Source: Spirochaetaceae bacterium | Lineage (GTDB): Bacteria > Spirochaetota > Spirochaetia > DSM-2461 | Assembly (NCBI GenBank): GCA_051531975.1 | Contig: JAOPTT010000009.1 | Location: 288,001-352,000, forward strand | DNA length: 64,000 nt | Direction of reading: 5' to 3' | In this document: in pieces, positions 22,780 through 33,179 of the stretch | How the letters are laid out: the number at the start of each line of letters is the position of its first letter | Numbering within the stretch: the stretch's first letter is position 1 | Notes under the pieces: generated by a model | Told to the model about the DNA's origin: nothing | The model's database searches: none | The model's input: the letters and a program-made list of their open reading frames with translations, nothing else | Made by a program: the position numbers and the translations under genes

Positions 22780-23991
22780 TTATTTAACTTCAAATCTTAT
22801 ATTTTCTAGAAGAAAATCATATAGATTTATATGTGTGATACCATCTTTTGATAGATCAATTTTATCCATGGTAATCAAATATTTTGGATATTGATCATTT
22901 ATTTTTAGAAGTGCATTCATCTCCCTTGCATATGTTCTTTCATCTAAAGCCGTCAGACTAACCTGAAAATATAATCTTTTATCTCCTTTAATAGCAATAA
23001 AATCTACCTCGGATGACATGTTTTTCCCAACAGTTACTTCATAACCTAATCGAAGTAACTGAAGATATACAATATTTTCTATAACATGTCCTAAATTACC
23101 ACTGCGATATCCTATGAGCCTGTTTCTAAGACCTGTATCAACGACATAGTATTTACCATTAGTTTTAAGACGTTCTTTTCCCCTAATATCATATCTCTCA
23201 CATTGATAAAGCATATGGGCATCACACATTAACTGTAGATAATTATCTACTGTGTCTGAGGTGATTTTATGTCCATGAGATATCATTGTATTTTTGATTG
23301 CATTGGCAGATGTATTATTACCAATATTTTCAAAAACAAACTTTGCTACTTTATAGAAAGCTCCTTCATCTCGAATCCTACCTCTTAGAATAATATCTCT
23401 AGTAAATATTGAATCAAATAATCCTGAAAGAATTGCCTCTACCAGTTCCTGCCCATTAGCTAAACTAACAGCGGGAAAAGATCCTACTAGAAGATACTCG
23501 TTAAAATGCTTCTCAACATTTTGTTCACTATATGATTTAAATTCTAAAAACTCTTTAAATGATAAGGGCAGAACTTTAATCTCTATATACCTACCTGAAA
23601 GATATGTAAGATGCTCCCCTGAAAACATTCTTGAATTTGAGCCAGTAACATATATATCAGCATTAAAACTTACTCTTAAACTATTAATAACTTTCGCCCA
23701 ATCATAGAGCTCTTGTACTTCATCAATTAGTAAATAGATTCTACTACTATCTTTCACTTTACCTTTTATGTAGTCATGTATGGATTTCTCATCTTTTAAA
23801 TCATCATTTAGATATTTTTCATAATTTATTTCAATGATCTGGCTTTCTTCTACACTCTGATCTATAAGATATTCTTTAAACAGAACAAGTAGAGATGATT
23901 TCCCTGATCGTCTAACACCAGTTATCACTTTAACAAAATCATTATCTTTATACTGAACCAGTTTATCTGTATATCTTGATCTCTTAATCAT
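22780..23991 (-). CDS. AAA+ ATPase with C-terminal DUF4143/restriction-endonuclease-like domain
   Basis: GVRRSGKS, LIDEVQ, TGSNS, LSGR, KYYVVDTGLR, IENIVY, EVDF..YFQV. Confidence 0.9.
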   Translation of the reverse strand: MIKRSRYTDKLVQYKDNDFVKVITGVRRSGKSSLLVLFKEYLIDQSVEESQIIEINYEKYLNDDLKDEKSIHDYIKGKVKDSSRIYLLIDEVQELYDWAKVINSLRVSFNADIYVTGSNSRMFSGEHLTYLSGRYIEIKVLPLSFKEFLEFKSYSEQNVEKHFNEYLLVGSFPAVSLANGQELVEAILSGLFDSIFTRDIILRGRIRDEGAFYKVAKFVFENIGNNTSANAIKNTMISHGHKITSDTVDNYLQLMCDAHMLYQCERYDIRGKERLKTNGKYYVVDTGLRNRLIGYRSGNLGHVIENIVYLQLLRLGYEVTVGKNMSSEVDFIAIKGDKRLYFQVSLTALDERTYAREMNALLKINDQYPKYLITMDKIDLSKDGITHINLYDFLLENIRFEVK

Positions 23992-24206
23992 AAGTACCTC
24001 ATTATTCTAACTATAACTTCAAAATCGACAGAAATCAATTATATTACGATCAGTAGTCGTAAAAAGAAATAGTATTGTCGTTTTTCATAGTAAAAACTAA
24101 GTATTTAATAATAAGATTAAGCAATGTTCAGGCCCAAATATATGGATATATTGCTGTAACAGTATAACAACAGAATTTTATTGGTTAAACATTTGATACT
24201 TAATGT

Positions 24207-24236
24207 TGATAATCCCTTACTTATAAGGAATTATCA
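24207..24236 (-). terminator. Hairpin downstream of ssb copy B
   Basis: tgataatccctta-ctta-taaggaattatca; conserved at 41088-41119. Confidence 0.75.
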
Positions 24237-24246
24237 TTATTAAAAG

Positions 24247-24598
24247 CTATACAGCTACGTCGATAACCTCTTCTTCTTTTACCACTACAGGAATTGGTTT
24301 AAACTCCACATGTTCAGCTACAACTTTTATCCTTGAATGAGGATTCTCAGATTCATCCACCCACCTGTCCTGTTTTAATCTTCCAACAACTCTAACACCT
24401 CTACCCTTGCAAAGATGTTTAAGGCAGCTCTCGGCTATTGTCGACCAAACTTCTATATCAAAGTAGGATACCTCTTTTACATAATCATCATCTTTCTTAT
24501 AACTTCTGTTAACAGCTATAGTAAAGTTACAGATAATAGTATCCTGGGGGGGTTCTTCTCTCTACAGGGTCTTTAACTAAATTTCCCTCTAACAACAT
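24247..24598 (-). pseudogene. ssb: Single-stranded DNA-binding protein, 5'-truncated and frameshifted (copy B)
   Basis: MLLEGNLVKDP...EVSYFDIEVW...KGRGVRVVGRLKQDRW...VAEHVEF; 352 nt versus 351 nt for copy A because of one extra base in a G7 run at 24546-24552. Confidence 0.92.
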
Positions 24599-24604
24599 AG
24601 AGTC

Positions 24605-24721
24605 GGAAGGTCTTATTTCATTATTTTTTAGAAGCTATCAAATTTAGTAAAAAATGGGCTTAAATAGTGAAAATTTCCATAAACAAAATCAGTCCCGTCT
24701 TTTTAATTTGGAGATATTGTT
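24605..24721 (+). repeat. Conserved non-coding element end R2
   Basis: Direct repeat of 22596-22711. Confidence 0.95.
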
Positions 24722-24973
24722 GCAATTTAAATATTATGCAATTGTCAGTCCCCAAACACTCCTACAAATAGTAGTTATTACAACATATTGATTATGAAAT
24801 ATTTTCATAAATAGATCTCCATATTATTTTTTATATATTAATTCAAAAAGGTGTATTTGATACGTCTGTACAGTTAGTAATATTTTACATTTTATTATTC
24901 CTGTTCCATATAATTAAAGAATCTATTGTGAATAACATATCATAAATATGTCCAGTAAACTGGTGGAATTCCG

Positions 24974-25866
24974 TTATATAAGTTTTTTCAACTCTTCTAT
25001 AGAAAAACCAGTGACTTTAGAAACAAAATCTAGTTCAGATCCTGCATTTAGAAGATTTCTAGCGATTTATTCCTTACCTTGATCTCTAGCATACTCCAAA
25101 GCTCACCTATCAGAAGCCACATCTTCTAAATATTTATTATATGCTCTCTGCTCTTTTGGAGTCATGGATATGTAGTCCAGCTTTTCACTCATCTCTTTTA
25201 TTCCCTTGGATTCAAATTCGTCCTCGACTCTGTGATTCTTTATGGAATAGATCCACTCATCTAAGGAGTCTTTTACCCTATTGTTAAAAATAGAGATGGA
25301 TATAACAAAGTACTCAGGAAAGATATTAATCTAATCTCTACTATTATTATAACCAACTAAGAAGTTACTGTCTATATTTATAGGTTCTCTACTGTGTAAT
25401 CTAGGCTGCATAGGCGAGCAGTAAACTTGTTTACGACCAGCTCAGAGAATTCTGTTTTACCATGATAGACATAATCTGAATGGGAATTACTACTTTTAGC
25501 TTCTACATCAAAATAGATTAGGCTTACAGAGTAGACTTTATTAACATAGGAATAATCCTCTCCAGATTTTATATTATCTGAAATATCCTTACTTGTTCCA
25601 AATAGTAACCTTTTAAAGTAGTTTTTTTCAGGAGCATACTGTATCTCTATTATCACATGTTCCCCTGAAGAGTTTTCTGCAATTAGATCTACCCTGTTAT
25701 ACTTAATATCCCGAGCATCCTGATTCCCCTCGCTCTCTAGAATATTAACAACTTTTATTTCTTCACCTAAAAGTGCTAATAAAAATCCTTCCAGTACTAC
25801 ATAGTTTACTTTATCCCTCAGGATATACTTTATTGCCCAATCAAAACTTACAATTTCTCTACTCAT
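24974..25866 (-). pseudogene. Rpn-family recombination-promoting nuclease / PD-(D/E)XK putative transposase, disrupted
   Basis: SFDWAIK, NRVD..IIEIQ; continues out of frame as NIFPEY..LDEWIY..IARNLL..VSKVTGFSIEEL with in-frame stops and frameshifts. Confidence 0.88.
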
Positions 25867-26059
25867 ACTAGGTTTATAGTGGTTCGTATCATATAAATTC
25901 AATTTAAAATCGATATATCTGGCTAAATTGATAACTAATTATATATCTTCAGAAAGCTGTATGTATGAAATTCAGTGCGTAATAATGGTTATTTGACTAA
26001 AGAACATTGGAATACTATTATACTGGATGGAACCCTGGAAGACGATCTTGTAAAAAGAC

Positions 26060-28489
26060 TTATTTAACGATTAACTCAATTTTTTTACCACAAAACACTA
26101 TTGTATTTTTAATTTTATTATTCATTACCACGTCTATTTTTATACTCATAGGCATTCCATTAAAGTCACCATTTCTATCATCAATTATTAAAGTACTACT
26201 TTTGTCATTCCATAAAATTCTGGTTATTGAATATCTATCTTTTTCATAATCATTACTCTTACCATCATCTTCATACATTAAAAATTCACCATCTGCATTT
26301 GGATAAATATGAATTTCATACCCTTCATTGGCCCTTTCATCTGCAAATTGGATTCCAGGTCTCATAGGAATTATTGATCCAGCTTTAATAAATATGGGCA
26401 TAACATCAATAGGTGTATCTACAACTAATTCGATTCCGCCTTTATAGTATTTATTTGTATAAAAATCATACCATCCACAACCTTCAGGAAGGTAGCAACT
26501 TATCTGCTTCTTAGTTGCTATTTCTACTCCACCAATGTCAAAATACATTGGTTTTGTTATTGGACAAACCATAATTGATTCACCCATCATAAATTGACTT
26601 TTTATAGTCCTGGCCTTTTCATCATGACTAAAATCAAATAGTAAGCTTCTCATTATGGTTTTATTAAAAAGTCTTACACTTCCGGCTATTGAATATATAT
26701 ATGGAATTAGTTTGTATCTGATATCTATGAATCTTTTAATAGAGTCATAAAACATATCTCCTTCCTCGCCAAAATTCCAAATTTCTCTTGGAGTATCAGT
26801 CCCGTGGGATCTAAACATAGGTAAAAAAGCACCCATTTGAATCCATCGCACATAAAGCTCACAATAGGCCGGATCGTCTATACCGTCTTCATAATCCCCT
26901 TTCCAAAACCAAAATTTATCAGAATTATCAGAACATTTACAACCTCTATTTCTCCAATTTTCTTTAACAACAAAGAAACCACCGATATCTAGAGTCCAAT
27001 ATGGATAACCTGAAAGTCCCATATTTAAACCTTCAACTATCTGTTTTTTCATGGTGTCATAGGTTGCAGTAATATCACCTGACCATAAAAAAGCTGAATA
27101 CTTTTGTGATGACGCATATCCGGAACGTGTTAGATTAACAACACGATTATTTTTAAAATCTTCAATTTGATTATTATATATACCCATTGAATGTACTAAT
27201 GGATATAAATTAGCCTGTTCACTTTTGAGATACTTTTTATGTTCTGTTCCAACAAGATAATATCTTTCCCGTGGCTTCCTTAATTGTGAACCGGTCCAGT
27301 CCGGACTACTAAATGGTTCTACAGAATCACACCACCATGAATCAAAACCTACATCGTATAACCCTTCTTTTGCCTGTTTCCAATATATTTTCCTAGCTTC
27401 TTTATCAAAAGCATCATACGTTGCATAATCAAATAATAGTTGGTCGTTTTTTATAAATTCATCATGATTTTCACAACCGGCGTTCATATTTGGCCAGATA
27501 GAAACCATGGTATGTGCATTCATTTTATGAATATTATCAATACACTCTTTTATATCCCCATAACGAGATTTATCAAGTATTTTATTCCCCCACTTACCAT
27601 CTTCCCAAGTATTCCAATCCTGTACTACACAATCTATAGGAACATTAAGCTCACGGTGTTTTGTAACAATATCTTCTAATTCTTTTGCAGAATAGTACTG
27701 TTCTTTTGATTGAATATAGCCAAAAACCCAACGTGGAAACATTGTAGCTTGACCTGTTAACTTTCTAAAACCATCAATTACATTATCTGGCTTTTCACCT
27801 GCAACAAAATAGTATTCCAAGTGTGGTATTGAATCACAAAACATATATGAATATGGTTTAGAATCATTAAAAATCATTAACGAGCCACAATCAAATAGCA
27901 TTCCATAGCCTGAATCAGATAAAAACATCGGCATTGGAATTCTCATATTATGTTGATATAAATACTGTGTTGTTCCTCTATAATTATATATACCCTCTTC
28001 ACCTTGTCCCAATCCATAAATACCCTCACCATCTTCAAACTCAAAATGAAGCTTTCCACTAAAAGCTTTATGTGTAATTTGTGGAATTAGGTTTCCTACA
28101 AAATTCCGTTCTCCATCTGGTGTTTTCACACGGTTTATAATTGGTTTATCACCGCCTGTGGAATATTCTAATATATCAATTTCATGTAATTCTCTCGATC
28201 CTTCTCTTAATAAACACTTACCATTTTCATCAAAATAACTAAGTTTTTTTGTATTCTTATTAAAAGAAACACTGAGTTCAGACATTTTAACAACAAGGTC
28301 AAATTCTGATTCAATAACATCAAAATCAACATTTATAAAACTATTATGATCAATAATTATGGATTCAGATTCACCAACTCTTTTTTTACTATATATAATT
28401 CGTATAATTTTTTTATTAACAGGTTGAACTTTTAAAATACCATGTTTCAAATAAATTGAAACTCCATTTTTTTCAACTTTATAATTCAT
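26060..28489 (-). CDS. GH31 glycoside hydrolase (alpha-xylosidase-like)
   Basis: YGLGQ, VVQDW, nucleophile region WWCDSVEP, WSGD, DIGGF, FRSHGTD. Confidence 0.92.
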   Translation of the reverse strand: MNYKVEKNGVSIYLKHGILKVQPVNKKIIRIIYSKKRVGESESIIIDHNSFINVDFDVIESEFDLVVKMSELSVSFNKNTKKLSYFDENGKCLLREGSRELHEIDILEYSTGGDKPIINRVKTPDGERNFVGNLIPQITHKAFSGKLHFEFEDGEGIYGLGQGEEGIYNYRGTTQYLYQHNMRIPMPMFLSDSGYGMLFDCGSLMIFNDSKPYSYMFCDSIPHLEYYFVAGEKPDNVIDGFRKLTGQATMFPRWVFGYIQSKEQYYSAKELEDIVTKHRELNVPIDCVVQDWNTWEDGKWGNKILDKSRYGDIKECIDNIHKMNAHTMVSIWPNMNAGCENHDEFIKNDQLLFDYATYDAFDKEARKIYWKQAKEGLYDVGFDSWWCDSVEPFSSPDWTGSQLRKPRERYYLVGTEHKKYLKSEQANLYPLVHSMGIYNNQIEDFKNNRVVNLTRSGYASSQKYSAFLWSGDITATYDTMKKQIVEGLNMGLSGYPYWTLDIGGFFVVKENWRNRGCKCSDNSDKFWFWKGDYEDGIDDPAYCELYVRWIQMGAFLPMFRSHGTDTPREIWNFGEEGDMFYDSIKRFIDIRYKLIPYIYSIAGSVRLFNKTIMRSLLFDFSHDEKARTIKSQFMMGESIMVCPITKPMYFDIGGVEIATKKQISCYLPEGCGWYDFYTNKYYKGGIELVVDTPIDVMPIFIKAGSIIPMRPGIQFADERANEGYEIHIYPNADGEFLMYEDDGKSNDYEKDRYSITRILWNDKSSTLIIDDRNGDFNGMPMSIKIDVVMNNKIKNTIVFCGKKIELIVK

Positions 28490-28536
28490 ATAATTAATCC
28501 CTTAATAACGACCTTATTCTTAATAATTAGTCTGTT

Positions 28537-28940
28537 TTATAAATCTTTCAAATATGGACTTCGATCTTCAACCAAAGTGAGCAAATTACTGACCTCTGAC
28601 CAACAGCTCCCATTGAACACACCACCAACACTACTTAATGTTTCCCAGGAGTATACCGGTCTTTCATCTGTAGACATATACTGGCTGATAGTCGAAGAAA
28701 TTTCCTTATACAGTTCAAGATACAAGACCTGCATCAACAAGGGCAGCGCTTGTTGATCCACCGACTCTAATATTTCCAGTTCCGGTATCTACAAACTGTC
28801 CGATTTGACCATACCGGCTGAATATATCTACAAACTCATCGACGCATTTTTTAGCTCCATAAATTCAAAATGTTTGAAGTGGGTAATAAAAACTAGAAAC
28901 TGCTTTTATATAAGGCTACAAGGTTAATTCCCAGTGACAT
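28537..28940 (-). pseudogene. Multiply deleted paralogue of the 33180-34964 gene
   Basis: Colinear blocks matching ~33200-33299, ~33400-33481 and ~33900-34032; probable RBS and ATG at 28940. Confidence 0.85.
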
Positions 28941-28959
28941 TATTTTCCTTATATAACCT

Positions 28960-30219
28960 CTATTTATCCCCGTTGAATTCTTTTACAGCATCTATAGCTG
29001 CAACAATGTTTTCAAGTGGGGTCTTTGCCTGTATATTATGTATGGCATTAAACACATAACCACCTTCTTTAGCAAATATTTCACATCTCTCCAGAACCTG
29101 GGTTCTAACCTGTTCAGGGGTTCCAAAAGGGAGAATGTTTTGTGTATCAACACCACCGCCCCAGAACACTACATCCTTTCCAAATTCACCTTTTAAAGCA
29201 TTTGCATCCATTCCTGTTGCAGACAGTTGTACGGGATTTAATATATCAAAGCCACTATCAATTAGATCCGGAACAAAAGATGCAATTGCCCCACAGCAGT
29301 GCTTAAAGGTTTTCCAGTTTGTATTGGCATGTATCCAGTCATTAATCTTTTTATAATGTGGTTTCCATAACTCCCTATATGTATCTATAGAACAGAATGT
29401 TCCATTTTGAGTTCCAAAATCTGTTCCACATACAAAAAATGCATCGATTTTATCACCAATTGCATTGTGAATCTTTTCGTAGTTTTTAATTCCAATTTCA
29501 GTCTGTTTTTCAAATAGTTCATAGATATATTCCGGTCTTAATGCTGTAGACATATACCACTCGGTTATATCCCTTATGCCTTTAGGGTTTTTTAACTGGG
29601 GTGCCGGCACACAGGCTATATCCCCCAATGATGTACCGGAGAAATTCCCAATTACACCTTTTCCTGTTGCAGAGGCTCTATCAGCTTCATTAATTAAAAA
29701 TTGTAAATCCTTATCACTTATAGGGCCGAACTCTTCAAGATTATCCTGAACATTCAGATTATCCTCATCAATTGGTTCCTGCCTGATTATCTCATCAAAA
29801 AAATGTCCACTTTTAGGCATTCTTCCACTTGGTCTGGCTGTTAAATCCCCCTGGGGATATAAAAGAGTATCCCCTTTATCATCTATTGTATAATTAAAAT
29901 CTTTTGAAACCAAAACTTTTAACCCATCATTCATAGTCCACTCTTTCCATGCTGTATTTGGAAAACCGAACCATGTATTTCTGGAATTTACTGCTGTAAC
30001 ATCAACACCTATAGCTTCCTGAAGATCCTCTTCCACTAATCCCAAACATTGATAAGGTTCGTAAACTTTTACAAGTTTTTTTTCCAGGCCATAATAATCC
30101 CTTAATTCTGCAACTATACTGGCATGAATACCTGTTACGGCAGTTCCTCCAAAGTCTATTGGAACTTTATCCGGTTGTTTATGGTTAAGACACGCTTGTA
30201 ATCTCTCTTTTGAATTCAC
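28960..30219 (-). CDS. Uroporphyrinogen decarboxylase/MtaA-CmuA superfamily protein
   Basis: GTDFGTQ, HCCG, LNPVQ, FWGGGVDTQ..PFGTPEQV, AIHNIQ. Confidence 0.88.
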   Translation of the reverse strand: MNSKERLQACLNHKQPDKVPIDFGGTAVTGIHASIVAELRDYYGLEKKLVKVYEPYQCLGLVEEDLQEAIGVDVTAVNSRNTWFGFPNTAWKEWTMNDGLKVLVSKDFNYTIDDKGDTLLYPQGDLTARPSGRMPKSGHFFDEIIRQEPIDEDNLNVQDNLEEFGPISDKDLQFLINEADRASATGKGVIGNFSGTSLGDIACVPAPQLKNPKGIRDITEWYMSTALRPEYIYELFEKQTEIGIKNYEKIHNAIGDKIDAFFVCGTDFGTQNGTFCSIDTYRELWKPHYKKINDWIHANTNWKTFKHCCGAIASFVPDLIDSGFDILNPVQLSATGMDANALKGEFGKDVVFWGGGVDTQNILPFGTPEQVRTQVLERCEIFAKEGGYVFNAIHNIQAKTPLENIVAAIDAVKEFNGDK

Positions 30220-30276
30220 TTTAATCTCCTTCTTATATTGTTAACATTTTGAAGTCACATCTATATTCTGCAGTCT

Positions 30277-33168
30277 TTACAACTTTCTCCTATAAGCTTC
30301 TATTTTACTTATTGAAAATCTTTCTAAACCAAATGCGAATGTCTGAACAATTCCAAAATACCTTATCTCAGATAAGGGGACATTAATAGTATTAACACCT
30401 TCATGGCCTTTTTGTGAGACTACCGGTCCAATCCATTTTCCGTTTTCGCTCGATATATATACCTCGTATTCTTTCGGGAAACCTTCATTGCAAACAAATA
30501 TTATCTCGTCAATCAAACTATCCGATCCAATATCAGTTACCAGCCACTGCCCCGGTAATTGATAACCATTAAATTCCCACGTTGTATCATCAAGTCCATC
30601 AACTGCTAAAGAAGGTATTCCTGCAATATGAGGATTTGTATGGTTATCTAAAGCTGTAAAACCAGAAGTCACCAGCCATTTATTCCGGGTAAAATTTTTG
30701 TTACCCAAATCAAAATGCTCATTTACAACTGTATTTGTTTGGAAATTTGTATTATATATTTCAAGGTTATTTATAGCCCACCATAATGAAGTTTCATCAG
30801 CTGTAATTACAAATTTAATATACCTCATAAACACTTTGGGAAAGCTGACTTCATATTTACCATTATTAAAATTTACTTCAATTAGTAATTTCCCCCATTT
30901 TATTTTATCTTCAGAAACATAAATGTCGAACTTCCCGGGATAGTTTTTGTCGCAATACAGCTCAAGTCTATTAAATGATTGACTGCACCCCATATCTGCC
31001 AAAAACCACTGGCCGGAAAGCTGAGGTTTACCTGAAGTCCATCTGGTATAGGAATTCCCATCAATTGTATTTTTAGCAATATTTTTATACCAACTGTCAA
31101 ATGCTTCAAATTTCCACTCTTTCGGATTTAACATACCCAGTTTTAATTCACTTTTACTGAATGGAAAATCATCTTTAAGTCCAATAGAGTCTACTGGTAT
31201 ATCTGTAAATCCTGATTCATAGGCAGGAGAATTTTCACTCAACTTAAAATCTCCATTCTCTGTATTTACAAATAATGGATCACTAATCAATGAATTATTA
31301 TCAAAACCAGTTGTCTTATTCCAATCATTCAGATTAGTAACATCTTCAATTCTGGAGAATTTGTAGTTATTATTGCTATTATAAAATATATTATCATCTG
31401 ATTCTTTTATATTTTCATAGGAACAATTTGCAAAATCATAGATCGTGTCACCTGAATTATAAATAATGTTATTTTTGATTGTTACCAAATCTAATTCCAT
31501 CAAACTGAATGCTTGATGCGTGAGGTTGTTTACCATAACATTATTTTGTATTACGTTATTAGTACCTTTTATACACATACAGCATGCATTGTTTATATTG
31601 TATAAAATATTATTCGTAACGCTAAAATAACTAGCACCATCATCGAGATATATACCTAATCCAGTTCCCATTGGTGTACCACTATCGTGAACTAAATTAT
31701 TATGTATAATATTTCCTTTCCCTGCAGCCCAGGCTTCAATAGGTCCAGAGTCCTGTGAATCCTTATTTGCCCCGGATACATCATTAAAAGCAATATAGTT
31801 ATCTCTTGAATGAATAAAATCCCAATGATTTTCCCAAGTGACTGGAATATCTTCAATATACTTTCCTTCCATCCTGTTATACTGTAATCCCTTTAAGGAA
31901 ATGCAATATCTTGGAAAGTCATAAACTCTATTATTAGTGATTATATTATTACCACTTTGATTTATTTGAATTCCAGAACCATGTCCAACGGTTTTTCCAC
32001 CACTTCTAATGAGATTATTTGAAATGATATTTTCTTTGTTCACATCAATTGTACCAATATTATGGCCAAGTAAATATATACAATTGTAACCAGTATCTTC
32101 TATTAAACTTCCATAAATCGTATTATTCTGCGCGTAATTATTAAAGATAACACCACAATAGCCACCATTGCTAATTCTACAAAATCTAAAAACATTGTTA
32201 TAGGCATTCTCTAAGCTGATGACCCCTAATCTGTTTTCCTCAAGCTCATAGGCTTCAAAGTACACACCTCTATGTTCTATTGGATTTCTATGTTCTCTTC
32301 CAGAATCAGTTATAGTAAATGTAATACCTTCGAACTCTATATTTTCAACTAAATTGCAGCTGCTGCTACCCTTTAACTTTATGATTTCTTTTATAGTAGG
32401 AGCAATAATTTCTTGATTTTCTAACGAGTTATTACGTGACCAGTAGTAGAGATATCCTGTCTTACGATCAAGGTAAAATTCTCCAGGAGAATCCAGGAAT
32501 TCATAAGCACCCTGCAAGAAATACCTAGCACCTTTATTCATTGGATACCGGGTTTCATTCTTAAAAGTAATAACACTATTATTCCAGTCAATATCATCAA
32601 TAATATGTGTTTCACTAAACCAGTTCCAATCAGCATCACCAGGCCACATATAAATTGTTGCATTACTGTAATCAAATTGATTAATTTCCATTAAATCAAA
32701 CACAATTTTCTTTTGCTGCTCATCTTCTACTTTATCGGTTACTCGCAGATATCCTTCATTTGGAATCCTTGCAAGAGTTTGTCTTTCGCCATTTTCAAAA
32801 AGAGAATTAAATCGTAAATCTCCAACATAAGCTTTTTTAATTGGTCCGGAATGTTCTTCCCAATTATCTATCAACCTTCCACCAATTAGCTCAGGTTGTT
32901 CTCCTGTAAAATTCTTATATTTGATTTTATAGCCATTCTTACCTGAATCTTCTTCATCAAATATAATTGTATTTTCAAGATAGTACTTCCCACCTCTAAT
33001 AAACACATCTCTATCGTATTCCATACCATTAATAGTTTGCCGTCTTATTACTTCTTTCGCTCTATTTATTGAGGCAAAAGGCATGTCCTGTGTACCGGGA
33101 TGCAAGTCATTTCCTGTCGTAGAAACGTAATACTCTTTTTTTAATTTGTCTGCTTGTTCCAAAAACAT
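30277..33168 (-). CDS. Right-handed beta-helix carbohydrate enzyme (GH141-like) with two C-terminal discoidin/CBM32-like domains
   Basis: YYVSTTGND..PFASI, LDSPGEFYLD, GIYLDDG, Asn-rich coils; IDGN..TRW and VDGL..TTW motifs; no signal peptide seen. Confidence 0.75.
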   Translation of the reverse strand: MFLEQADKLKKEYYVSTTGNDLHPGTQDMPFASINRAKEVIRRQTINGMEYDRDVFIRGGKYYLENTIIFDEEDSGKNGYKIKYKNFTGEQPELIGGRLIDNWEEHSGPIKKAYVGDLRFNSLFENGERQTLARIPNEGYLRVTDKVEDEQQKKIVFDLMEINQFDYSNATIYMWPGDADWNWFSETHIIDDIDWNNSVITFKNETRYPMNKGARYFLQGAYEFLDSPGEFYLDRKTGYLYYWSRNNSLENQEIIAPTIKEIIKLKGSSSCNLVENIEFEGITFTITDSGREHRNPIEHRGVYFEAYELEENRLGVISLENAYNNVFRFCRISNGGYCGVIFNNYAQNNTIYGSLIEDTGYNCIYLLGHNIGTIDVNKENIISNNLIRSGGKTVGHGSGIQINQSGNNIITNNRVYDFPRYCISLKGLQYNRMEGKYIEDIPVTWENHWDFIHSRDNYIAFNDVSGANKDSQDSGPIEAWAAGKGNIIHNNLVHDSGTPMGTGLGIYLDDGASYFSVTNNILYNINNACCMCIKGTNNVIQNNVMVNNLTHQAFSLMELDLVTIKNNIIYNSGDTIYDFANCSYENIKESDDNIFYNSNNNYKFSRIEDVTNLNDWNKTTGFDNNSLISDPLFVNTENGDFKLSENSPAYESGFTDIPVDSIGLKDDFPFSKSELKLGMLNPKEWKFEAFDSWYKNIAKNTIDGNSYTRWTSGKPQLSGQWFLADMGCSQSFNRLELYCDKNYPGKFDIYVSEDKIKWGKLLIEVNFNNGKYEVSFPKVFMRYIKFVITADETSLWWAINNLEIYNTNFQTNTVVNEHFDLGNKNFTRNKWLVTSGFTALDNHTNPHIAGIPSLAVDGLDDTTWEFNGYQLPGQWLVTDIGSDSLIDEIIFVCNEGFPKEYEVYISSENGKWIGPVVSQKGHEGVNTINVPLSEIRYFGIVQTFAFGLERFSISKIEAYRRKL

Positions 33169-33179
33169 ATAAATTCCCT

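Larger units (their letters stand above)
22596..24599. mobile_element. ssb-ended element B (2004 bp), cargo AAA/DUF4143-like ATPase
   Basis: Bounded by R1 and a 5'-truncated ssb, same end architecture as 24605-41479. Confidence 0.75.

Noticed and set aside
24044..24062. TTACGA-N7-TCGTAA palindrome upstream of the AAA/DUF4143 gene
   Set aside because: Single short occurrence; could be an operator but there is no supporting second copy.
24589..24616. Xer/dif-like site (TATGTT resembles part of the XerD arm)
   Set aside because: Only a partial XerD-like match, with no XerC arm or 11-6-11 symmetry.
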